Positions 27,221-37,143 of a stretch of 45,821 nt of DNA are shown in pieces. The stretch covers positions 1-45,821 of the forward strand of contig JAYZBV010000092.1 of assembly GCA_036338595.1 (NCBI GenBank). The letters run 5' to 3'. This DNA comes from Planctomycetota bacterium. Its GTDB lineage: Bacteria; Planctomycetota; UBA8108; UBA1146. The position numbers and the translations under genes were made by a program. Under the pieces are notes generated by a model. It searched no databases, was not told the DNA's origin, and saw only the letters and a list, made by a program, of their open reading frames with translations. Positions within the stretch are counted from its first letter, which is position 1, and each line of letters opens with the position of its first letter.

Positions 27221-29256
27221 ATACCTACCGATACCCCGGATCCGATTTCGTCGTCCACTCCGAGTTTGCACCCGCAGGTGACCAGCCCGATGCCATCGAT
27301 CGTCTCGTCGACGGCATCAGCGAGGAGCAGCAGGATCAGGTGTTGCTGGGAGTGACCGGCTCAGGCAAGACTTACATGATGGCTCATGTCATCGCTCGCA
27401 CCGGGAAGCCCGCCATCATCATCTCTCACAACAAGACCCTGGCAGCGCAACTGTATTCAGAGATGAAGAAGTTTCTGCCCGAAAATGCCGTCGAATATTT
27501 CGTGTCGTATTACGACTATTACCAACCCGAGGCGTATCTTCCTGCTCGTGACATGTACATCGAGAAGGATGCGGGGATCAACGCAGATCTTGACCGTTTG
27601 CGACTCGCCACTACTGCCAGCTTGTTGAGTAGATCCGATGTTGTGATCGTATCCTCGGTATCCTGTATCTACGGGCTGGGATCGCCAGAAGCGTTCAAGG
27701 ACAAGATGATCTCTCTTTCGATTGGAGATGAGATCGACCGAGATGTTCTGCTGCGACAACTGGTGGATATCCAGTACGAGCGAAACGATCTCGAACCGGG
27801 ACGAGCCAGTTTTCGAGCTCGTGGTGATGTTCTCGAGATTCATGCGGCGAACGAGGAGGTTGCGTACAGGATCGACATGTTTGGCGACTCCATCGAAAGG
27901 ATGGAGGAGTTTCACCCGGTCAGTGGTGTGGTGCTGGGACAGTTGCCTCGACTGACCATCTTTCCTGCAAAGCACTATGTCGTCAGCCACCAGGATGTAG
28001 ATCAGGCGATCGCAGGGATCCAGACCGAACTGCATCAGCGTCTGATCACGCTCAGAGAGCAGGGCAAGGAGGTGGAGGCGCACCGGCTTCAGACGCGAAC
28101 CCGGTATGACCTCGAGTTGCTCTCTGAAGCCGGGTATTGCCCGGGAATCGAGAACTACTCGCGCCATCTCAGTGGCATGAAAGCGGGCGAGAGGCCCGCA
28201 AATCTGCTCGATTACTTCCCGGAGGGGTTCCTGACTTTTGTCGATGAGTCTCATGTCACGTTGCCGCAACTGGGAGGGATGTACGAGGGCGATCGATCGC
28301 GCAAGCAGACCCTCGTGGATCATGGCTTCAGACTTCCCAGCGCAATGGACAACCGCCCGATGAAATTTCCAGAATGGGAGCAGGTCACCGGTCAGACCAT
28401 CCACTTCACTGCGACTCCCGCCGCTCGTGAACTTGAAAAAGTTGGTGGTGTGGTGGTCGAGGTGATCAACCGCCCGACGGGATTGCTCGATCCAGATGTG
28501 GAAGTGCGTCCCGCACGAGGACAGGTTCAGGACCTTCTCGAGCGCATCCAGGAGACGTTGGCTCTCGGTGATCGAGTACTCGTGACCACATTGACCAAGC
28601 GGATGTCCGAGGATCTGAGCGACTACTTCCAGGAGACCGAGATCAGAGCACGATATCTTCATTCGGAGATTGACACGCTGGAACGAGTCGAAATTCTCCA
28701 GCAATTGCGTAAGGGCGTGTACGATGTGCTCGTCGGAGTCAATCTGCTGCGAGAGGGGCTGGATCTTCCTGAGGTCTCACTTGTTGCCGTGATGGACGCA
28801 GACAAGGAGGGGTTCCTTCGCAGCGACACTGCGTTGATCCAGACGATCGGGCGAGCGGCGAGAAATGAACGAGCCAGGGTCATCCTTTACGGGGATGTGA
28901 TCACGGGTTCGATGCGGCGTGCGATCGATGAAACGACCCGGCGACGCGAAATCCAGAAGCAGTTCAACGAGGAGCATGGAATCGTGCCCAGGACGATTCG
29001 CAAGGAACTGGGAACCACCATCGAGGAGGAGGTCAGGACCCGGACCGAGGATCTGGAACTCAAGGGTTCAGACCTGCCGCAGCAGCAGCGCCAGGAGATG
29101 ATCGAAACCCTGGAAAAGCAGATGCTGGAGGCGGCGCAGGCGCTGGATTTCGAGAGGGCTGCGGCACTGAGAGACCGTGTCAGCCGTTTGAGGGGAGAGG
29201 ATCCAGAATCACTGCTGCCGACTCAATCCACCGGCAAGAAGGGAAAGAAGCGCTGA
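27217..29256 (+). CDS. uvrB: excinuclease ABC subunit B
   Basis: PAGDQP, GVTGSGKT, HNKTLAAQL, YFVSYYDYYQPEAY, DESH, NLLREGLDLPEV, IQTIGRAARN, C-terminal UVR LDFERAAALRD. GTG start at 27217 via a GTGA overlap. Confidence 0.97.
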   Translation: MNTYRYPGSDFVVHSEFAPAGDQPDAIDRLVDGISEEQQDQVLLGVTGSGKTYMMAHVIARTGKPAIIISHNKTLAAQLYSEMKKFLPENAVEYFVSYYDYYQPEAYLPARDMYIEKDAGINADLDRLRLATTASLLSRSDVVIVSSVSCIYGLGSPEAFKDKMISLSIGDEIDRDVLLRQLVDIQYERNDLEPGRASFRARGDVLEIHAANEEVAYRIDMFGDSIERMEEFHPVSGVVLGQLPRLTIFPAKHYVVSHQDVDQAIAGIQTELHQRLITLREQGKEVEAHRLQTRTRYDLELLSEAGYCPGIENYSRHLSGMKAGERPANLLDYFPEGFLTFVDESHVTLPQLGGMYEGDRSRKQTLVDHGFRLPSAMDNRPMKFPEWEQVTGQTIHFTATPAARELEKVGGVVVEVINRPTGLLDPDVEVRPARGQVQDLLERIQETLALGDRVLVTTLTKRMSEDLSDYFQETEIRARYLHSEIDTLERVEILQQLRKGVYDVLVGVNLLREGLDLPEVSLVAVMDADKEGFLRSDTALIQTIGRAARNERARVILYGDVITGSMRRAIDETTRRREIQKQFNEEHGIVPRTIRKELGTTIEEEVRTRTEDLELKGSDLPQQQRQEMIETLEKQMLEAAQALDFERAAALRDRVSRLRGEDPESLLPTQSTGKKGKKR

Positions 29257-29257
29257 G

Positions 29258-31852
29258 ATGAGAGAACAGGGTGGCACTACTCCCGAGATACCGGGCTTCC
29301 AACCGCTCCACATCCGTGGTGCTGCTCGGTTAGGAATCTGGATCGAGGCGCGTCAGATTCGCCTCGATCGCAGGGTGCTGCTGAAGGTCCTCCCCGCCAC
29401 CGATCACGCCCAGCAGGATCAATTCGTCGAGGAGATCCAGGCTCTTGTCAAACTCGACGGAGATGGTGTGCTCCGCGTGATCGATGAAGGGTCGGTGGCT
29501 CAGGCTCGCTATGTCGCCCTCGATGAGGCGGAGGGTCGCCCCGTCGATACCATCGCGGTCAAGGAACTCGACGGCGATCTGCTGGCGAAGACCCTTGTGA
29601 AGTTACATCAGCAACTTCATCGCCAGGGAGCTTGCATCGATCCGGTGCCCCTGAACTCGATCCTGCTCCTTCCTGCAGGGGGGTTCTCGGTGATGGAACT
29701 GGGGCCTCTCGAGGCGCAGTCGGATGTGACTCTCTGTCAGGAGCAGGCGGCAAGAAATCTGGCGCGCATCGGTCGATTGTTACGGATTCAGGGTCGCTGG
29801 TCCGATGCCATTCGCGCGCTCAGAAGTGGTCCCGGCGGTTTTGATCGGTGCCTGGAGCTGTTCGGCAAGGATGCTCAGAAACCCCGCAAACCGATCCCGA
29901 TCATCCTCGCCACTGCGGTCGCGATGAGCGTCGGATGGGTTGTTGCAGATCAGTTTGGATGGATCGATCCAGCCCCGACTGACCCTCCCCCGACCGATCT
30001 CACTGCAGGGCAGGGGGAAGAGGTCTCTTCGACCGGGGATCGGGATCCGGCAGACGATGAATCGAACCCGGTGGTCGACCAGGGGGATCCTCCATCTGGC
30101 CCGATCGATATGGAAGCTCTTGCGAGCCGACGCTGGCAGCGGCTGGAAATTCTCGAAAGAGAAGCCAAGCGGTGGCCAGACTGGCAATCGGAGAGAGATC
30201 AGCTACTGAGATCACTGTCATGGGGACAGTTGTCACTGGGGCGTGAACAGATGGATCGAATCGCCTCCGCCCCCGAGCAGGCCTTCGCATCGGAGCGAGA
30301 GGCTCTGATGCGTGCGTGGGCCTGGGTCGAAGAGCGAAACATCCGTCAGGCGATGCTCGACTCCGAACGGGAGATCGCAGCGGGTCGATATCTCGAGGCG
30401 ATCGATGTGTTGGAGAAACTTGCAAGGAAACTTGGACTCGAGAAGCGATTTGCTGCCGACATCGATCTACTCCACAGAACAGAGATGTTGCGCCGAGAAG
30501 TTGGGGCTCAACTCGAGTTGACGATGGAGACGGTGCTGTCAAAACTGTTCCAGAACCTGGAGCTGGCGATCTTGCAGCCGCCAGGAGTCGACCGATTCCC
30601 CCTGTTGATGGCAAGGTGGTCCAGCTTTCAGCGCGAGTGCCAGGAGACCGTTCAGATTGCCGAGCAGGTGCTGCATCAAGCGCAGCAACTGGCAGATGAT
30701 CAGCAAGTAGCCAGCTGGAGCCTTGCAGATGGCAATACCTTCGAGGCTCGAGTGATGGATGTGACCCAGCAATCTGTAGCCCTCAAACGAGCAGGGCGCA
30801 GAAATCCAGAAACCCATCCGTGGCATGCCATTGCGCAGGAGACGTTGCTCGCGCTCCTGGACCGCGATGGAGCGGATCAGGAGCGATGTCTCGCTGCTCT
30901 TCGAACCGTCTGGGGCGGGGATCGGGTGATCCTGGACCTGGCTCGCGCTGGCGGAGCCGGCGAGATCGCTCGGGCGGCAGAACGCCTCCGAGTTCGAAGG
31001 GTGGAGACGTGGATGGAGCAGGGGAAACAGGCGCAGCAAACTGTCGATGATGATCAGATGAGATCGATCGCGCTCTCCGTATCGGAGTGGGTGACTGCCA
31101 GCGAGTGGCATGCGAAGGAATCGACCCTCTTGCGATGGTGGGCAGCCCCCATCGACCGAGATGGTCCTGCTGCACTGGACCCCTTCGCCGGGGTGATCAT
31201 CTCCGACTGGGATCGATCCCTTCACACGATTCGCATCGGTTGGAAGGTTGGAGATGAGGGACTCTCCGGATGGAAGCCCTCGCCAGGAGCCTTTCTTGCA
31301 GTCCGTGGAGATCTGGCCCAGCTGCGAGGGCGTGTCGCTCTGGAGGCGCCATTTCGATTCGAAAACACTCTTGAGGTTTCGATCCTGGGACTGGTGACCC
31401 GGGAAGACGCACCCAATCTGAATGTCGTGCTCTGGAATGGTACGGACCGTGGCCTCGTCTTCGGGGTCGGTATTCGGCCCCCCGAGGTGTCGTCGATACG
31501 CGTGGGTGAAGAGGATGTCTTGCTGCCCGCCCACACCATCATCGAGGAGCAGGCGCTAGAAAATGGCGGGGGAGATGTTCCGATGCCTGCCCCGCTGCCG
31601 CGACTGAGAGTGGGTAAGGCGGTTCGAATTCTGATCCGGGAGGATGCGGACGGCGCCATCCTCGAACTCGATGGCAGCCCCATCCTCAGTGCCGAGCCAC
31701 GAGATCTGCCCCTCATCGGAGGGGTCGCCATCGAAACGTTTGGCGTTCCCGTGGTGATCAGGGAACTGGAACTGGTGGGCAGGATCTCTGCGCTGGATTG
31801 GGACCGATGGCTCCTGAGGGAGGCAGAAACGGCCCTCAGAAGAGATCGGTAG
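29258..31852 (+). CDS. membrane protein with degenerate (pseudo) Ser/Thr kinase N-terminal domain
   Basis: IPGF...ARQIRLDRRVLLKVL...FVEEIQALVKL...VIDEG resembles a Hanks kinase N-lobe, but GxGxxG, HRD and DFG are absent. TM helix IPIILATAVAMSVGWVVA precedes a long C-terminal region. Confidence 0.7.
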   Translation: MREQGGTTPEIPGFQPLHIRGAARLGIWIEARQIRLDRRVLLKVLPATDHAQQDQFVEEIQALVKLDGDGVLRVIDEGSVAQARYVALDEAEGRPVDTIAVKELDGDLLAKTLVKLHQQLHRQGACIDPVPLNSILLLPAGGFSVMELGPLEAQSDVTLCQEQAARNLARIGRLLRIQGRWSDAIRALRSGPGGFDRCLELFGKDAQKPRKPIPIILATAVAMSVGWVVADQFGWIDPAPTDPPPTDLTAGQGEEVSSTGDRDPADDESNPVVDQGDPPSGPIDMEALASRRWQRLEILEREAKRWPDWQSERDQLLRSLSWGQLSLGREQMDRIASAPEQAFASEREALMRAWAWVEERNIRQAMLDSEREIAAGRYLEAIDVLEKLARKLGLEKRFAADIDLLHRTEMLRREVGAQLELTMETVLSKLFQNLELAILQPPGVDRFPLLMARWSSFQRECQETVQIAEQVLHQAQQLADDQQVASWSLADGNTFEARVMDVTQQSVALKRAGRRNPETHPWHAIAQETLLALLDRDGADQERCLAALRTVWGGDRVILDLARAGGAGEIARAAERLRVRRVETWMEQGKQAQQTVDDDQMRSIALSVSEWVTASEWHAKESTLLRWWAAPIDRDGPAALDPFAGVIISDWDRSLHTIRIGWKVGDEGLSGWKPSPGAFLAVRGDLAQLRGRVALEAPFRFENTLEVSILGLVTREDAPNLNVVLWNGTDRGLVFGVGIRPPEVSSIRVGEEDVLLPAHTIIEEQALENGGGDVPMPAPLPRLRVGKAVRILIREDADGAILELDGSPILSAEPRDLPLIGGVAIETFGVPVVIRELELVGRISALDWDRWLLREAETALRRDR

Positions 31853-31868
31853 CCGGAGCCCGCTCACC

Positions 31869-31897
31869 TTGCCCCATCTACTGCTGGCATCTAGACT
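31869..31897 (+). promoter_or_regulatory. putative sigma70 promoter
   Basis: TTGCCC (31869-31874), 17-nt spacer, TAGACT (31892-31897). Confidence 0.55.
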
Positions 31898-32022
31898 AAA
31901 AAGACATGGATCACCTCCCTCCGGGCGTCGTAATTGCGTTGTCCCTGGATAGGTTCTCCGGGCCCAGGCGCCCAACTCCAGGCGCCCCGGGTCGTAAGGC
32001 AACTGCGAAAGAGGATTACTCG

Positions 32023-33969
32023 ATGCATCAACTCAGGCTTCTCATCATCTGTCTCATGATTCCTGCCGGTTTCATGCTGCTGGGATCTCGTGGCCTCGAA
32101 GTCGCTGCGGTCGCAGGAGAGACTGTTCAGGCCGAGGACTTTGACAAGATCAAGGTCGGAGATCGGATCCGTGTCAAGTTGAGACGCGGCGGCAGTTACG
32201 AGGGCGAGGTGGTGGAGCGAGTCGGCGAGACGATCTCCATCAAACATCGATTTGGAACCGCGCGAGTCGATCGATCGGATCTGCTCGAGTGGGAGCGGTT
32301 CAAGACCACAGCGGAGCAGTACCAGGAGCGCGCCGAGAAGGCCAGTTCAGCGGATGATTGGTGTGATCTCGGTGAATGGGCACGAGAAAACAGGGAGGAA
32401 TCTCTCGCCATCGAGGCATGGCGAAAGGCGACAGAACTGTCCACAGATATGAAGCGAGCCAGGGATGCTCTCGGAGAAGTCAAGTACGAGGGCAAGTGGG
32501 TTTCGCTCGAAGAAGCGATGCAGGCGCAGGGCAAGGAACTGTACGGGGGCGAATGGCTCACGCCCGATGAGATCGCAGCCCGCCAGGAAGAGGAATCGAC
32601 CGCGCGCAGGGCGGAATCTCTCAAGGGACGCGACGCCTACATCGAGGAGTTGAGGGGACGAGATTGGGCTACCGTGGAACCGATCATCTCGCCGCACTAC
32701 GTCATCTATTGCAACTCCACCATCGAAAATGCTCGCTACTACGCCGATGTGATGGAGTCGCTCTATCGCGCCTACGACAAGGTGTTCATCGAGAAGTTCT
32801 GGCCCAGACGTTACAAGAAGGCGCCGCGAAGTGATGTCTACATCCATGCCAACCATCAGCAGTTCATGGACTGGACCGGTAACGGTCCCAACATCGGCGG
32901 GTTTTACAACCTGCTGCGCCAGGATGTGACCGGGTACCACGGATCGTTTGGATCCACAGGCAGTACCGAGGAGGTGCTGGCCCACGAGGGAACCCACCAG
33001 TTCCAGGGCATGATCTTCAAGTCGCTGCAGTCGTTGCCGATCTGGACCATCGAGGGGCTTGCGGTGTATTTCGGGGATGGCTCCAAGATCAGCCGGCGAA
33101 CGGTCGAGATCAACGAGATCCCACGGGACCGCCTGGTCGGTCTCCAGAGCGCCATCGAGGATGGAAACTACTGCAATCTCAAGACGCTGCTTCGGCTTCC
33201 TCAACAGCGATTTGGTGGCTTCTACTACGGACACGCCTGGGGGGTGCTGTTCTGGTGTCTGTATGGCAACGAGCATGGAGCCTGGAGCAGCAGTGACAAC
33301 ACAGGTGGCAAGATCATGGAAGATTGGTTTCTGCACTGTCAAGAACTGGACGGTTTCTGTGACTACGAGAAGGAAGCCCAGTTCTTCGAGGGACTGGTAG
33401 CGCAGCACAGCGGCAAGAGTGTCGAGGAGTGGGAAGAAGAGTACAAGCAGTGGATTCTCGGCCTGCCCGTGGAAGAACTGGGTCAGAAGCGCTCGAGGGT
33501 CTTCAGCAGCGAAGCACTGAAGCTGGAAATCACCAAGCCTGCAGGGTGGCGCTGGCAAAAATCTGGGCTCCTCTACGCGGGAGAGGTGATTTCATCGGTC
33601 AGCGGAGGATCCTCCAAGAAGCGTCTCTCCACCTATAGCTGGCCCAACGGACTTCATGCAGAACTCAGCGAAGATTACGCCCGTTCCTTGATCGGTAATG
33701 TTTTCGGCGAGGTTGCATACATCGAAGAGATGGCCAGCAAGCAGATGGGTGGCAACCCGATGTATGTCGCTGTACTGGATGGCAAGAGGGTGATTGGCAC
33801 CGCCGGAAACAATGTTCCCGAACTGGGAGAGCAGATGCGATTTGCAGTTGGAATCTTCGGATCACCAGACAAGTTGTATGGCAATGTTCTCGAGTGTTCT
33901 ATCGAGGATTACGAGGCTTCGCTGAAGTATTTCGAAGAATACACGGCCAAGTTTCGCTACACCGGTTAG
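32023..33969 (+). CDS. exported DUF1570-like HExxH zinc metallopeptidase-domain protein (paralog 1)
   Basis: Signal peptide from ATG 32023 (GAGG RBS). GGFYN, VLAHEGTHQFQG, PIWTIEGLAVYFGD, YGHAWG. Confidence 0.78.
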   Translation: MHQLRLLIICLMIPAGFMLLGSRGLEVAAVAGETVQAEDFDKIKVGDRIRVKLRRGGSYEGEVVERVGETISIKHRFGTARVDRSDLLEWERFKTTAEQYQERAEKASSADDWCDLGEWARENREESLAIEAWRKATELSTDMKRARDALGEVKYEGKWVSLEEAMQAQGKELYGGEWLTPDEIAARQEEESTARRAESLKGRDAYIEELRGRDWATVEPIISPHYVIYCNSTIENARYYADVMESLYRAYDKVFIEKFWPRRYKKAPRSDVYIHANHQQFMDWTGNGPNIGGFYNLLRQDVTGYHGSFGSTGSTEEVLAHEGTHQFQGMIFKSLQSLPIWTIEGLAVYFGDGSKISRRTVEINEIPRDRLVGLQSAIEDGNYCNLKTLLRLPQQRFGGFYYGHAWGVLFWCLYGNEHGAWSSSDNTGGKIMEDWFLHCQELDGFCDYEKEAQFFEGLVAQHSGKSVEEWEEEYKQWILGLPVEELGQKRSRVFSSEALKLEITKPAGWRWQKSGLLYAGEVISSVSGGSSKKRLSTYSWPNGLHAELSEDYARSLIGNVFGEVAYIEEMASKQMGGNPMYVAVLDGKRVIGTAGNNVPELGEQMRFAVGIFGSPDKLYGNVLECSIEDYEASLKYFEEYTAKFRYTG

Positions 33970-34064
33970 CGAGCAGTGGTGCACCTCGCCTCGGACGAAG
34001 AGGTGGAGTCGATGAATCGTTGCAGGCCACGAAGAGTTTCGTAGAATGAGTTGCGGAGGATTCG

Positions 34065-36224
34065 ATGCTGAGACCGTCGTTCTTGCTGCTGTTCCTTTCA
34101 CTGCTGGCCGCGCCCGTCGTTGCCTGGCCAGCAGCCGGGAGCCCATCCGGGCAGACGACTCTGTATTCTCTGGATGCGGGCGAGAGGGTCATCGTCGTGC
34201 TCAAGGGTGGCGACGAGGTGATCGGCGAGGTGGTCGAGGAGACCCCCGATAAGATCTCGGTCAAGAGTGCCTTTGGCGTCACATCGATCGAGATGAGTCG
34301 TGTCGATGTGGTGATCCGAGGCGAAGAGGTCAACCGCAGAGAGTATTCCCAGCGGCACAAGCGAGCGATTCGTCGGGGGTCCGCCTCGGGTTGGTACTCG
34401 CTCGCGAAATGGGCACTCGAGCGAGGCCTGGAGCAGCAGGCCCAGGACGCCCTCGAAAAGACTCTCGAGATCGATCCCGAACATGAAGCGGCTCGCATCG
34501 CGCTCGGTTGGGGCCAGGTCGATGGAGAGTGGAAGACCCCCGAGGAAGCCGAGGCGCTGGTCGCCAGTGGCTGGGGGCGAGATGGCAAGCGGCTGGTACC
34601 GCCCAAAGGGAACGCTGGTAAGCCACCCAGGATTCCGTCTCCAAAGCCGACGGTGCCGAAACCAGACGTTGTCAAGCCCGGTCGTGCGACGACTCCGGAG
34701 TCGGTGACGAGACGGCTGGATCCTCAAGAGCAACGTCGCCGTGAGGAGCAGCTGGAGCGTCGCCGCAAGGAACGTGAAAAGTTCGATGAGAACAAGCGCA
34801 AGGAATACGAGGGCGTCCCCTGGTCGAGCCGATCGACGATACGATCCAGAAACTGGGTGATCGAATGCAACAGCACTCCCGAGGTTGCGCGCACCTACCA
34901 GTGGATCATGGAGGCGCTCCATGCCACCCTCTCCAAGATTTTCAAGTCGCCGGATGTTCGGAGTCAGAAACCGCTTGTGAAGATCTATCGCAACCATGAC
35001 GAGTTCATGCTCAAGACGGGGATGGGCGGCGGTGTGGGGGGCTTTTACCAGCCCGCAACTCAGAATGTGACCGCCTACCATGGCACCTTCGGTCTGACGG
35101 GCACCACGTTCACGGTGCTGGCCCATGAAGGCACTCATGCATTCCAGGGCAAGAAACTGGCGCGGATGGGCAACTACCCCAACTGGTTCATCGAGGGGAT
35201 GGCGGTCTATTTCGGCGATGGTTCGAAACTCGATTACAAGAAGAAGAAGTTGGTCTCGGGGCTGATCCCCAGAGATCGATTGTTCCACATCCAGGAGAAG
35301 ATTCGCGAGGGGACTCATACGCCGCTGTCGAAACTGGGAGGCTTGCCGAGAAATCGATTTGGCGGCTCTCAATACGCCGATTCCTGGGCAGTGATGCATT
35401 ACCTGATCAACGGTCCGGAGAGCCGCAAGGGACAGAGATTCCTGGTCGAGTACTGGCGGATGGGTGAGAAGCGCAGGGTCGGCCAGCGCCAGTTCAACGA
35501 CCTGGCCCAGAAATATTTCAATGACGTGGACCAGATGGAGGCCGACTGGAAAGAGTATGTCCTATCGCTCAAACCGGAACCTGCTGGAGAAGTGGAAGAC
35601 TCCCGCTTCAACTCCCTCGACTTCATGTTCTCGATCGAACTTCCCGGCCCCAACTGGGAGTACGCACTCGATGAAATCCAGGATCGGGATCTGGTTCTGA
35701 TGAAGATCCCCGAGACGCGAAACGAGATCCGGGTGCGCATCCTTTCGAAAGCAGAAGATGACCAGCGTCCACAGGATTGGATCGATTCGGTCGTGTTGCC
35801 TGACCTGCGCAAGAAATACACCGATGTCCGGACACTCAAGGGTGATCTCGGTGGCCTCGATGCATTCCTGTTCGAGTTCGTCGACAAGCCTCCCGCCGCC
35901 AAGGAGGAATCAAAGGAGGAAGAGGCCTCCGACGGGGATGAACCGTCAGAGGACACTCCGGGCAGCCGTCAGACCGTTGCGGATCGGGTGCAACAGGAGG
36001 GCCCCGAGGGGGATGGCGATGGAGAAGCGGATGGAGAGGCGAAAGATGCCGAGCAGAAGCCTGCTGCGCCGGCTCCGAGGAAGCACCGTTCCTACATTCT
36101 GGTCGGAATCTCCAATGCCTACGAGTTGCGAGGATCCTTCGAGATGGATCAGTTCGCAGCCTTGCTCCCCGACCTGGAGTGGGTCGCATTCTCGTTCGAA
36201 AAGATCCAGCGAAACCGCTGGTAA
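34065..36224 (+). CDS. exported DUF1570-like HExxH zinc metallopeptidase-domain protein (paralog 2)
   Basis: GGAGG RBS and a signal peptide. GGFYQ, VLAHEGTHAFQG, PNWFIEGMAVYFGD, YADSWA. Clearly homologous to the preceding gene. Confidence 0.78.
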   Translation: MLRPSFLLLFLSLLAAPVVAWPAAGSPSGQTTLYSLDAGERVIVVLKGGDEVIGEVVEETPDKISVKSAFGVTSIEMSRVDVVIRGEEVNRREYSQRHKRAIRRGSASGWYSLAKWALERGLEQQAQDALEKTLEIDPEHEAARIALGWGQVDGEWKTPEEAEALVASGWGRDGKRLVPPKGNAGKPPRIPSPKPTVPKPDVVKPGRATTPESVTRRLDPQEQRRREEQLERRRKEREKFDENKRKEYEGVPWSSRSTIRSRNWVIECNSTPEVARTYQWIMEALHATLSKIFKSPDVRSQKPLVKIYRNHDEFMLKTGMGGGVGGFYQPATQNVTAYHGTFGLTGTTFTVLAHEGTHAFQGKKLARMGNYPNWFIEGMAVYFGDGSKLDYKKKKLVSGLIPRDRLFHIQEKIREGTHTPLSKLGGLPRNRFGGSQYADSWAVMHYLINGPESRKGQRFLVEYWRMGEKRRVGQRQFNDLAQKYFNDVDQMEADWKEYVLSLKPEPAGEVEDSRFNSLDFMFSIELPGPNWEYALDEIQDRDLVLMKIPETRNEIRVRILSKAEDDQRPQDWIDSVVLPDLRKKYTDVRTLKGDLGGLDAFLFEFVDKPPAAKEESKEEEASDGDEPSEDTPGSRQTVADRVQQEGPEGDGDGEADGEAKDAEQKPAAPAPRKHRSYILVGISNAYELRGSFEMDQFAALLPDLEWVAFSFEKIQRNRW

Positions 36225-36252
36225 TGGCGCAGCGGTTCGACAGGTAGTCTTT

Positions 36253-36903
36253 TCATTTACCTTGTGAGATGCGCAATTTTCCCTGGACGAATTCCAGTTC
36301 ACGGATATCCAGGGAGATTCCCGGTAGCGGAAATTCCCTGAACAATTTGTCGACCACTTCGATCGATGGCTTCAGGCCCAGGTTTTCTCCCTTGTAAATC
36401 GATCCCCACTGATAGAGATCGACATCCGCACTGTCGATCACTCCACCATGAATCGTCGCAGTTCCGATCATCTCCAGGTTGGCAAAGCGTCCTCGCATCC
36501 ACCAGGGTGAGGTGCTCTGATCCTCTGGAATTCCGATGGAGACCAGTAATCGAGTAGGGCCGTCAGGCTGAGGCAGTAACCTGACTCCGCTCCCTGGAGA
36601 CAGGTCGCCTGCTTCGATCATCTGATCCAACTGGTCAGTCAGAAACAGGTTCCACTGGGCATGGGTCAGAGTCATGTCGTCCGTTGAATCGGCATGTTCA
36701 GCGAGGACCTGCAAGTTTTCATCTGTTGGTTGCAGTTCTGGAAGCAGCAAGGGGGAATCTTGAAGGCCTCCCGAGAGCACCATCCAGAACGAGATCATGG
36801 CACCGACGGAAGCCGCAACCACCAGCACCACCAGGCAGCCGCAGAGGCTGAAGAGTGGATTTGCCTTGCGCACCACCCTGGGAGGATCAACGGCGGAGGT
36901 CAT
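36253..36903 (-). CDS. hypothetical membrane-anchored protein
   Basis: 216-aa ORF filling the gap between convergent and divergent neighbours. N-terminal TM LCGCLVVLVVAASVGAMISFW. Confidence 0.65.
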   Translation of the reverse strand: MTSAVDPPRVVRKANPLFSLCGCLVVLVVAASVGAMISFWMVLSGGLQDSPLLLPELQPTDENLQVLAEHADSTDDMTLTHAQWNLFLTDQLDQMIEAGDLSPGSGVRLLPQPDGPTRLLVSIGIPEDQSTSPWWMRGRFANLEMIGTATIHGGVIDSADVDLYQWGSIYKGENLGLKPSIEVVDKLFREFPLPGISLDIRELEFVQGKLRISQGK

Positions 36904-37143
36904 CGGCTCTCTTCCTTTCCGATCGGTGTCGCCTGCGGGAGAAGTGGAGAATCGCCCGATGCGGCCTCCCTGAGGCCATCAGGGTAGATGGAGGCCGATG
37001 ATCAGGCCAGCGATGAAAGATGGAATCGAGCGGAATTCCTTCCCCGGAGGGGAGCAAACCGATACAAGCGGGTCAGGTCGCCAGTGGAGGCGAGCTGCGT
37101 GAACGGTCCCGATTCGAAGGCCCCATCTCGGGGGAGATTTTCG

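Noticed and set aside
27457..35399. Long antisense ORFs (27457-28704, 30539-31534, 32347-33558, 34098-35399; similarly 10308-11225 and 14522-15529)
   Set aside because: They lie opposite well-supported genes and have no recognisable motifs. Such shadow ORFs are expected in GC-rich coding DNA.
36962..36997. CGGCCTCC/GGAGGCCG hairpin upstream of gdhB as an ncRNA
   Set aside because: A short GC-rich stem in a divergent intergenic region with no other supporting features. It could easily be chance.
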